This document shows positions 48,401 through 55,834 of a stretch of DNA of 64,000 nt, one piece after another (within the stretch, counting starts at the first letter, position 1; each line of letters opens with the position of its first letter). The notes below the pieces were generated by a model, which saw only the letters and a program-made list of their open reading frames with translations, was not told the origin of the DNA and did not search any database. A program made the translations under genes and the position numbers. The DNA comes from Calditrichia bacterium. GTDB lineage: Bacteria > Calditrichota > Calditrichia > RBG-13-44-9 > J075. Location of the stretch: NCBI GenBank assembly GCA_050633245.1, contig JBOEGD010000011.1, positions 460,985 to 524,984 of the forward strand, in the 5' to 3' direction.

Positions 48401-48864
48401 ATCAGCAGATTGTGCCGGGGCTCGGAAATTCCAGCAGCGGTTCAAGTTACGAGTTTGTTGATGAGAACATTGAATTTGGAGTTACGTACTACTACAAGTT
48501 AATTTCACAAGACTTTGACGGCACAATTCACACGCATAATACAATTGCTTCGGTGAAAGTTGTGCCACCACCAAAGGAATTCGAGATTGCTCAGAACTAT
48601 CCAAATCCGTTTAATCCGAGCACTCAGTTTAAGTTCTCCATTGCCAAAGCGACTACAGCCAGCCTGGAGATCTATAATCTGTTGGGGCAAAAAGTAAATA
48701 CGATCTTTGAAAACCGCTACTTTGAACCGGGCGTTTACTCGGAGTTTAATTGGGATGCGAAGAATCAGAACGGTCGTACGGTTGCAGCCGGAATCTACCT
48801 GATGGTATTTACTACTGAACAAGATCAATTCAGACGTGTTCAAAAGATGGTTTATACCCGCTAG
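45481..48864 (+). CDS. Large S/T/D-rich surface protein with Ig/Fn3-like modules and T9SS-type CTD
   Basis: GGGAG RBS, signal peptide; 'SLPVTFNTFSA...WKTTSEINNEGF'; CTD 'AQNYPNPFNPST...GIYL...KMVYTR'. Confidence 0.8.
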   Translation: MKVKDYCLILLIFTFLLTTLTSAEQSQIATIQVQSENLTYTNGDHLFITGRGFVANDQVKAVSFIVLDADYQIIQNKFPTDYSLSIDANGRLSGSALITGLPAEASHLEVNVFASYSNVKGSPFVRVVGSSIPELQEPPALLLAAGTALITDDGSGGGSGNSNGFAETSEDLDLSGSGWTGSTGLLGLAQREYSNIAASTFIQSTTVSSANASLAAGSISGYTTVPASFDASTVTVRVRVVDDAFQVADSDSMLIPDSDPPDISTAVATSLNTIQITFDEAVAEDGDATGRFSLAGDGSGLSVSSMTASGSEPTSVWNLTLDGNLSDRDPDGVVVTYTANAGSNSLEDPAGNEVTNLSNATASDMIDPATPTLTSPSSTTIMDGASIIFTATADAAATDASMVSVALQGSNNGSSWTTLETDTDTGDAVYSATYTFGTKYSYYRVIATDDAGNQTVSSATSLLTDAYRVEITAFPAAQDAGIRGQFTIEIQNNYSDAVTFPSNLFNNLTTDQGTGTFYDAASGGSAITSVIINSADSDTVFWYSDTDDGTTPTITVTEAASNLDDNSDSQQITINASDANHFRITTANSQAETAGTDFDITVTARKADSSVATGYTGSMSLNWSTTATASPDGTSPSIPSDASYTFSSGSLTISNGGTLYDASETPTITVTDGSVTTTSQQGAGAGITVSTSSHAETRIKTADESSDGDYGNNIFTTSTLQGATQASPDASISLFGVRYDAFGNLLSDASGSWGLTGDLSSAGVLTSASAVDNTFTASIASGSTHSGTITVDNGQSDATGTINIDDDDGETVTSFNITTNDGDSTFVIATWSGSSSGDNGGTGTPTSYEIRWTPDTNGPIDTEGEWDSAISVGTGGQPAFSVGTWSIDMSNGNTDYKYFAIRTFDGVGNVSSIGSGSYTTSSDISLPVTFNTFSAQPDYDKVIISWKTTSEINNEGFFLYRAEAEEGPFLQTLNQQIVPGLGNSSSGSSYEFVDENIEFGVTYYYKLISQDFDGTIHTHNTIASVKVVPPPKEFEIAQNYPNPFNPSTQFKFSIAKATTASLEIYNLLGQKVNTIFENRYFEPGVYSEFNWDAKNQNGRTVAAGIYLMVFTTEQDQFRRVQKMVYTR

Positions 48865-48891
48865 ACAAACGGATATACATAATTAAATGCC

Positions 48892-48929
48892 AAGCCGGAG
48901 TAATCTTGAAGATTGCTCCGGCTTTATTT
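48892..48929 (+). terminator. Intrinsic terminator
   Basis: AAGCCGGAGTAATCT-tga-AGATTGCTCCGGCTT followed by TATTT. Confidence 0.75.
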
Positions 48930-49127
48930 CGCTCTCTGCCCTCTGTCTGACTATCAAGTTTCCGAAGACTATTCAAAAAGCTGAAAAACATTCAATTCTA
49001 TTTACGACTAAGATGAATCACCTTTAACTACATATAAACAATGACTTAAGACCACACTTGCAACCTATCCTCTTTTCTGGCACCTGCTTTGTAATAGCTT
49101 CTTGAAAAATTCAAAGGAGAGGATTGT

Positions 49128-50969
49128 ATGTGCGAAGCAAAAGTCAGATATTCGATCGTTGTGTGGATGATGCTAATTCCCGGGCTGCTTCTTGCCCAAT
49201 ACAACAACGAAACGGTTACAGAAAAGAGTTTTGAAACATCGAACATTTTTTTTCAGAGCCACTTCCTGAATCCATTTGGCGTTGAGAGTTTTAAAAACGT
49301 CGCGGTGGGGTTTATCGATAATCCGTTTTTGAACCTGCAGCAAAACCCCGCAAACATTCCGCAATTCGACAGCACAAACAGCTACATCTACCTTGATTTT
49401 CGAGGCGATCGCACGCGCTCATTCCTAGCTGACAGCTATGCCGAACCATTGGCTTATGAAGATTTGTCACTTACTGCATCTTCCTATTTCGATCCACGTT
49501 GGTATTCTTCTACTCGCGAGGAACCGGAACCGGTGTTTTCACTCGGCATGTTGCGCAACCTCGAATTGGCAGAAAATAAAAAGCTGCTAATCGGCGGAAC
49601 TTATCAATTGGTTCACCGCGAAGAGCCATTTTATCAGGTCCCAAACTGGATTTATTACTCCCGCTTTGGCTATGACGAGCTTGGAGGTCAGTTTGCAGAT
49701 TTAAGCAATGTGCCAATAACAGACATTGGTGGCGGAAGCGATGAACTATTTACTACAGGTCATTTCTACAGTGGATTTTTGGCAGCAAATCTCAGTGAGC
49801 GCTTAAGCGCCGGTATTCATCTAAACGGCGTCAACCAGGATCTGGATGGTTTGTATGGAGATTTTTGGAGAGACGAGTATAGCAACAGCAGTGAGTGGCA
49901 ACAATTCAGCGAGAACCTGCGCGAGCGAGAACAAACCTATTCACACTGGGACCTGGCCGGAGGACTCCATTTCAAGCTAAACAAGACCAGCTCAGCAGGT
50001 ATTAAATTGGGTTATCTGGATGGCATTGCAGAACAGACATTTAGTTCAAACGACACTTCCTTTTACGCTTTTGGCGAGCCGCAGGTTGGTGAGAATTGGA
50101 GCCTGAACAATTACGGGAGCAATACGGCTCAGGGCTGGGAACGTGATGGCAACAGTCGCTATGGCCGCCTGCACTTTGCCACGATGTTAAACCCGAAAAA
50201 CCGCTTTAGCCTGCAGTATCGGCTACAGCAGAGCAATCAGGATTTGTTAAACAGCAGCAGTATATACGACAGCAGTTTTTACGATTCGCGCTGGCAGAAC
50301 GGCAGCGAATTTAGTGAATACGAAAGTCGCTATAAATTAATAGATAATCGCAGCGGCAGCGGTGAGCGAACACGCACTGAGCATTTGCTACAGGCCATCA
50401 ATCAATGGCAGCTTTCTCCTAAAACCACAATTACCGGAGCAATTACCTATCTACGTCGTAACACCGATCTGAACACTCAGGAAACGGTCATCAGTGATCG
50501 CAGCTCATTCTATCGCAGCGTGCGGAATTATTCCGGTCCGGACACAACAACCAGAGATCGGAGTCAATTTGAAGACAAGTCTCTGGAGTGGACATATGAC
50601 TCGGATTATTGGTCTATTCAAATCCCGATTGTAGTAAACTTCCAAATCAACAAGCGTTGGCAGTGGATGGTTGGAATAAATCGTATTCTGGAGCATTGGG
50701 AGATCAACGAGCAAACGCTGGCCACCTTTAAACAACGCACTCGCACCGAGAATGGTAACACGACAAACGAGGAGAATTTTGCTGAGCGCTATATTAACCC
50801 CCGCGAACGTATCTCGGAGCAGAGCACCGACTTCATCACCAGTATCGAAGCAGCACTGTCAGACAAGCTAAGTATCAATCTATTGCTCGATCCACAATTT
50901 AGCAATGGCTATGACGGCACGGACTTTCGTATTGCTCAGTGGTGGTTGGGGTTTAAGGCGAAGCTATAA
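49128..50969 (+). CDS. Hypothetical outer-membrane beta-barrel protein
   Basis: GGAGAGG RBS; signal peptide; long aromatic/polar strands; C-terminal 'WWLGFKAKL'. Confidence 0.6.
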   Translation: MCEAKVRYSIVVWMMLIPGLLLAQYNNETVTEKSFETSNIFFQSHFLNPFGVESFKNVAVGFIDNPFLNLQQNPANIPQFDSTNSYIYLDFRGDRTRSFLADSYAEPLAYEDLSLTASSYFDPRWYSSTREEPEPVFSLGMLRNLELAENKKLLIGGTYQLVHREEPFYQVPNWIYYSRFGYDELGGQFADLSNVPITDIGGGSDELFTTGHFYSGFLAANLSERLSAGIHLNGVNQDLDGLYGDFWRDEYSNSSEWQQFSENLREREQTYSHWDLAGGLHFKLNKTSSAGIKLGYLDGIAEQTFSSNDTSFYAFGEPQVGENWSLNNYGSNTAQGWERDGNSRYGRLHFATMLNPKNRFSLQYRLQQSNQDLLNSSSIYDSSFYDSRWQNGSEFSEYESRYKLIDNRSGSGERTRTEHLLQAINQWQLSPKTTITGAITYLRRNTDLNTQETVISDRSSFYRSVRNYSGPDTTTRDRSQFEDKSLEWTYDSDYWSIQIPIVVNFQINKRWQWMVGINRILEHWEINEQTLATFKQRTRTENGNTTNEENFAERYINPRERISEQSTDFITSIEAALSDKLSINLLLDPQFSNGYDGTDFRIAQWWLGFKAKL

Positions 50970-50981
50970 GTAGGCAGAAGG

Positions 50982-51017
50982 CAAGTGTAAAGCCGCGATT
51001 CATCGCGTTTTTACTTG
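50982..51017. repeat. Palindrome (degenerate REP-like element or terminator)
   Basis: CAAGTGTAAAGCCGCGAT-tc-ATCGCGTTTTTACTTG directly after the barrel gene. Confidence 0.45.
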
Positions 51018-51143
51018 TCCACAGCGCTCACCCCACGCATGTGGCCGGTGAGCGCTCTCATCCAGCCAAAGCAGCTCGAAACATCCAATGCAACAATAAT
51101 TGGAGATATTCCGTTATATTCCTCAAACACATCCGGGGGATTT

Positions 51144-52139
51144 ATGGATCATCAAAGTGAACCACAGAAAAACGCATTTATTAACTTATTCAAGAATTAC
51201 GAAGAAAATCGCCTACGCTCACTCTGGCGACTCATTATCACAACTATCATTTTTGTTGCTGCCGGCGCAGCTCTTATTGTTCCATTGGCTCTAATGGGTA
51301 TGCAGGAGAGCCAGTCGCTAAACCACTTCATTGTCAACATTGCATGCATCATCGGTGTTTGGTTAGCAGCAAACTGGGTGGATAGACGCTTGTTTTCGGA
51401 CACTGGAATGTCTTCCACCAGTCGCTGGTGGCAAGAGTTCTGGTTTGGAATGTTCCTGGGTTTTGCTCTGCTTGCAGCCATATTCACAATACAATATAAT
51501 GTAGGCTGGGTAACTATTACAGATACAATGGTCACCAAAGTAGCTGGAGCGAATTTCTGGCTTGCGCTTATAATGCCCGTTGCGCTTTATATATCTGTTG
51601 GCTTCATGGAAGAGTTGGTCTTTCGCGGTTATTTATTTCTGAATGTCGCCGAGGGCATAAAGGGCAAATATCTTAATGCTAAAACCGCCATCTGGGTTGC
51701 ACTTATTCTAACGTCAGCCATTTTTGGCATTGCGCATATGGGTAACCCGGAAGCCAGCCTTGTCAGCACAACGAATATCGCACTAGCCGGTGTGATGCTT
51801 GGCCTGCCCTATATCCTGACCGGTAGACTGGGAATGTCCATAGGACTACACATTACCTGGAATTTTAGCGAGGGCATTATTTTTGGATTTCCGGTTAGCG
51901 GAATGCCATTTAAGTCGGCCAAGTTTTTAGAAATAAGTCAAGGTGGCCCTGATCTTTGGACGGGTGGGTCTTTTGGACCAGAGGCAGGACTACTTGGCTT
52001 GTTTGCAATGATCGCAGGAATGGCAATCATGTCATGGTATATTAAGATAAAGGATGGCACACTCACGCTATTCACGGCGATAGCAGAGCCGCCCCACCGG
52101 CCTGATATCGTTCAAACGAACTACGCCTCAGCCGACTAG
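51144..52139 (+). CDS. CPBP/Abi (type II CAAX) intramembrane protease
   Basis: 'EELVFRGY', 'FGIAH', 'GLHITWNF'; ATG 51144 after GGGGGA. Confidence 0.9.
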   Translation: MDHQSEPQKNAFINLFKNYEENRLRSLWRLIITTIIFVAAGAALIVPLALMGMQESQSLNHFIVNIACIIGVWLAANWVDRRLFSDTGMSSTSRWWQEFWFGMFLGFALLAAIFTIQYNVGWVTITDTMVTKVAGANFWLALIMPVALYISVGFMEELVFRGYLFLNVAEGIKGKYLNAKTAIWVALILTSAIFGIAHMGNPEASLVSTTNIALAGVMLGLPYILTGRLGMSIGLHITWNFSEGIIFGFPVSGMPFKSAKFLEISQGGPDLWTGGSFGPEAGLLGLFAMIAGMAIMSWYIKIKDGTLTLFTAIAEPPHRPDIVQTNYASAD

Positions 52140-52445
52140 TGCACCGGCAGTCCAAAGAACAACCATTCCAGACACAATGGTAATCACCATGTTGCGGGTA
52201 AAATAGGCAGCTATAATCCCTGTAATACCCGCAAGCACTTTGGGCTCAAACACATTCCCAACCAGCTCACCGTTTATTAAAAAAATAGCGGGTGCTGCAA
52301 GTGCAGACAAAATGACTACCGGCACGTAAGTAAGAGCCTTTTTTAGCCAATCGGGCATCTCCCAATTCTGCAAGAACAGAATAAAGGACAGTCTTTCCAG
52401 CATTGTAAAAAGTCCAATTAAAAAAAACAGTAGCCACCAGTTCAT
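52128..52445 (-). CDS. azlD: AzlD-family membrane protein
   Basis: 'LKKALTYVPVVILSAL'; overlaps the azlC stop. Confidence 0.8.
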   Translation of the reverse strand: MNWWLLFFLIGLFTMLERLSFILFLQNWEMPDWLKKALTYVPVVILSALAAPAIFLINGELVGNVFEPKVLAGITGIIAAYFTRNMVITIVSGMVVLWTAGALVG

Positions 52446-53137
52446 TCTTCTTCTCCACGGTAAAGCATTGCAGCAATAATCCCTAAAGCAACAGCAACCA
52501 ACAAACCAAGATTATGGGGCAATCCTGCTGCTAACAGTGCCACAATCGCAGCAACAGTGCCTGCGAATAACAGGCGCGCACTTTTAATCATTGGCACTAA
52601 CAGACCAATAAACATAAGTGGAATTGCAAAGCCCAGTTGCCAGTTTGCTGGAATAATTGCCCCTACTACCAGTCCGACAGCACTTGTTGAAACCCAGACT
52701 AACCAAAGGGCGGCACCATGTCCGAAATGATACCAGTTTTTAAACGGTGAATCGGGATATTCATTAAAATATGCAATAGACAGAACATATGGTTGATCAG
52801 TAACAAAGTATCCCAAGAGCACCTTCCATGTGGTCGAAAACTGCTTAAAATGCGAACTTAATGAGGCGCTGTAAATAACGAAGCGAATATTCACAATGGT
52901 CGCAGACAAGATAATTACCCAAGCAGCGGCATCGACCTTAAGCAAAGCGACTGTCACCAATTGAGCAGCACCAGCTAGTAAAAAAATGGACATCGCCGTG
53001 CCGAGAATCGGGTCGATTCCCACTTCGGCAGCCGCGACGCCATACATCAACCCGAAAGGAATTGCACCGGGAATGATTGGCAGAAAAGCCTGCATACCGC
53101 CCCAAAAGGCTCCGCGAGAAGTTGTATAAACTTTCAT
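52442..53137 (-). CDS. azlC: AzlC-family branched-chain amino acid exporter
   Basis: 'IPFGLMYG', 'AGAAQ', 'VNIRFVIYSASL', 'VTDQPY'. Confidence 0.88.
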   Translation of the reverse strand: MKVYTTSRGAFWGGMQAFLPIIPGAIPFGLMYGVAAAEVGIDPILGTAMSIFLLAGAAQLVTVALLKVDAAAWVIILSATIVNIRFVIYSASLSSHFKQFSTTWKVLLGYFVTDQPYVLSIAYFNEYPDSPFKNWYHFGHGAALWLVWVSTSAVGLVVGAIIPANWQLGFAIPLMFIGLLVPMIKSARLLFAGTVAAIVALLAAGLPHNLGLLVAVALGIIAAMLYRGEEE

Positions 53138-53197
53138 ATGATGGCCAAGACAGCAGAACTTTCAGCCGGATATCGACCAAACATCTGCAAAGTAAGA

Positions 53198-53422
53198 TTA
53201 TTGTTTTTCCAGTAAAAGACTGATACTCTGTATTGATTGACCGGCCACTTCAACATACTTTCCTTGAGGAAATTCAGCTACCATTTTTTGATCTGTGTTT
53301 ACATGATCTACATGAATAGTATGTGACTTCGTACAAGAAGGTAGTAGCGCCAGCAATATCAATAGGCAAGGAACGATTTGCAGTATAAGACAACGATCAA
53401 CAGCTTTATTTAAACCACTCAT
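53198..53422 (-). CDS. Short hypothetical lipoprotein-like ORF (possible remnant)
   Basis: Hydrophobic stretch ending 'LLPSC'; fills an intergenic gap; only 74 aa. Confidence 0.25.
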   Translation of the reverse strand: MSGLNKAVDRCLILQIVPCLLILLALLPSCTKSHTIHVDHVNTDQKMVAEFPQGKYVEVAGQSIQSISLLLEKQ

Positions 53423-53478
53423 GAACTTATTCCATGAGTTTACAGTACATTGCTAGAACAATTTGATCATCACATTTT

Positions 53479-54714
53479 TTATTTCTGTATAAATAATTTC
53501 TGTCGCAGGACTTGTGTTCGAATATTTTCAAACTGAACCTGCACAAAATATATCCCGGAAGCAAAGGAATTGGTATTTATACGATAGCGCTCGCTCTCTC
53601 CCCTGCCCTCATACACTTTCATGCCCAGCACATTGTAAATGGCTACATCATATCGTCCACTTAAATTACTGAAGAACAGATTGACATCCGAGTTCGTTGG
53701 ATTCGGAAATACAGTAACCGATTGCTCTGCCACAACATTCACAGCGGTATGCTCTATACCGGTGGTCGGGCCAAGACAAAGGATGTCAGTTAACATATCT
53801 GCCGATTCCTGAATTACAAGATCACGACTTCCTCCAATAAAATAGCTCACGTGAAGCGGGCTGTTAAAAACCGTAAACAACTCGTTCGTCACGCCAGCTG
53901 CATCCCCGGCAAGACTCATCTCACCGCTGCCATAAGACAGTAAGGGAAAGGGAAATGCATTAGAATCACCATAGCCATAGGGAACAATCGGATCGAACTC
54001 ATCATGCGCGCTATAAAATGGAGGTGAGTCAGTCCCAATCCAATGGGCGCGGGTAAGAGAGCCCGAGTAATTTAACAATCCCTGCACTTCAGAGCTATAC
54101 TGTGTGTTAGCGCTGCTGTTTCCTTCAAAACCGCCATTGTTGTTAATAGCGTTTAGTATATAGGACGGAATAATGTCATTTGCATCCAGAAAAGCGGAGT
54201 TAGAACTGGTAACACCACCAGCTGAAATACCGCCTCCAAAGATATAATCCGGGTCGATACGATACGTATTTTGCGTGGCGGCATCCTCGCGTAAATAGCG
54301 AACTGCTGCACGAAAGTCACCAATTGCCTTTATCACGACGTCAGCGAAGCCGATAGAGTCCGTAACCAATCCATCTATTAAGCGATAATCAATTGTTGCT
54401 GTGACAAACCCACGTCGCGCGAAGCTCTGGCAAAGAAAGGCCATGTCGCCACGTTGACCATTTACAAATCCGCCACCGTGAACTAAGACAATAGCCGGTC
54501 GGGCAGTAGCAACATCGCCTGTTGGCTCATAAATATCCATAAGCAGGTTCTTCTGTGCACCACCGATGGTCGTGTTCTGACCATACTGAACGGCACTGGT
54601 AAGATCGAAATTACTAAACACTTCATTCAGATAGCGATTTCCATCGCAGGTTGGATGTTGAGCGGAAACAGATGCAGTAAGACATATTAGAAAGACCGTT
54701 AACATTCTTGTCAT
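53479..54714 (-). CDS. Alpha/beta-hydrolase (carboxylesterase) with T9SS CTD
   Basis: 'MDIYEP', 'VHGGGF', 'IDYRL', 'GISAGG'; CTD 'VFPNPTNS...SGIYFV...KLFIQK'. Confidence 0.88.
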   Translation of the reverse strand: MTRMLTVFLICLTASVSAQHPTCDGNRYLNEVFSNFDLTSAVQYGQNTTIGGAQKNLLMDIYEPTGDVATARPAIVLVHGGGFVNGQRGDMAFLCQSFARRGFVTATIDYRLIDGLVTDSIGFADVVIKAIGDFRAAVRYLREDAATQNTYRIDPDYIFGGGISAGGVTSSNSAFLDANDIIPSYILNAINNNGGFEGNSSANTQYSSEVQGLLNYSGSLTRAHWIGTDSPPFYSAHDEFDPIVPYGYGDSNAFPFPLLSYGSGEMSLAGDAAGVTNELFTVFNSPLHVSYFIGGSRDLVIQESADMLTDILCLGPTTGIEHTAVNVVAEQSVTVFPNPTNSDVNLFFSNLSGRYDVAIYNVLGMKVYEGRGESERYRINTNSFASGIYFVQVQFENIRTQVLRQKLFIQK

Positions 54715-54785
54715 TTGGGGCCCCTTTTAAGTGAAATTCGGTGATCGGTCATCAGAACGCAATATCTATACATGATTGACGCAAT

Positions 54786-55091
54786 TTAATCGTTTGTTTC
54801 ATATTTCTTTAGCCAGCGATCTATAACAAATGGACCAAAGGGCACAACAGCTCCCAGCACACCCCAGACAGCAAGTTTTTGGGGTATTGGAACACGGTTG
54901 ACGGCTATTGCAAACATTACACAGAGCGCAACGAATAGAAAGCCATGTAGTGAACCAACAATTGAAACAGCTGTTGGCATATCAGCCATATATTTTAGCG
55001 GCATGGCAATGCCAAATAGAATTAGAGTGGAGATGCCTTCAACAATCCCAAGACGACGCAATTTAGTCAGGAAATTTTGATCGGGGACCAC
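54786..55091 (-). CDS. DUF3817-like membrane protein
   Basis: 'EGIS...IAMPLKY', 'GSLHGFLF', 'VPFGPF'. Confidence 0.8.
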   Translation of the reverse strand: MVPDQNFLTKLRRLGIVEGISTLILFGIAMPLKYMADMPTAVSIVGSLHGFLFVALCVMFAIAVNRVPIPQKLAVWGVLGAVVPFGPFVIDRWLKKYETND

Positions 55092-55182
55092 TTTTATGCC
55101 TCATGTTTATTAACGGATTTTTTTGACAAAATCTAAGAAGGAAGGCAAAAGGAAAGCAAGGTGTTTCGATAGATGTTTAAGC

Positions 55183-55782
55183 CTACCACCCTTGTTCAAG
55201 TTTAAATTTGATTGGCTCGTATTTGTCAAATCGCTGAAAGTCTTCTCGAAAGAGAATCCACTTCATATCTTCGATTCGCTTTCCATCAGCATCTTTTTGC
55301 GGTCTGCGTTCAATCACTTCAAGCTGATACCCCAGCTTCTCGGGAATACGCGCACTCGGAACGTTTAATGGATCGCAGATTATATAAAGTTTTTCGACAT
55401 TAAGATGCTCCACCCCAAGCTTTGTAAGGGCGTATGTGCATACCGAAGCATAACCTTTTCCGGCTTGGTGTTGATCGATATTATAGCCGATTTCGAGCGT
55501 CCCGGCTCCCTGCCTGCGAAAAAGGTACATGATGCCAATTAGTGCAGAATCATCAAAGATGCCATAAGTATAGCTTTGGTCTGAAAACCAGGCACCTTTC
55601 CATTCACGAATCTGCTCACGCTTTTGCTCAACACGCTGTGGCTCCGCAACGGCTTTCGGAAGCCAGGGCATATAATATTCTTTATTGCTGGACATCAAAT
55701 GCTGAAGTGCGGGCGCATCAGGGATGTCCAGCATTCGCAAATGAAGATTACCGACAAAAATTTTTTCAACGAGATTTATCAT
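55183..55782 (-). CDS. RimJ/RimL-type GNAT acetyltransferase
   Basis: 'LEIGYNI', 'GKGYAS', 'NVPSARIPEKLGY'. The 55830 start lies inside a palindrome, so ATG 55782 is preferred. Confidence 0.85.
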   Translation of the reverse strand: MINLVEKIFVGNLHLRMLDIPDAPALQHLMSSNKEYYMPWLPKAVAEPQRVEQKREQIREWKGAWFSDQSYTYGIFDDSALIGIMYLFRRQGAGTLEIGYNIDQHQAGKGYASVCTYALTKLGVEHLNVEKLYIICDPLNVPSARIPEKLGYQLEVIERRPQKDADGKRIEDMKWILFREDFQRFDKYEPIKFKLEQGW

Positions 55783-55796
55783 GTTCTTTCCGGAAG

Positions 55797-55830
55797 TTGG
55801 TAGGGGCGCCATGCATTGCGCCCCTACCAA
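55797..55830. repeat. GTAG-type REP-like palindrome
   Basis: TTGGTAGGGGCGC-catgcatt-GCGCCCCTACCAA with perfect 13-bp arms. Confidence 0.75.
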
Positions 55831-55834
55831 ATAT

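Noticed and set aside
51144-52139. Abi-domain protein as phage defence
   Set aside because: Ordinary CAAX protease motifs and no defence-island context.
55783-55830. N-terminal extension of the GNAT (MVGAQCMAPLPT)
   Set aside because: It is a translation of the REP-like palindrome.
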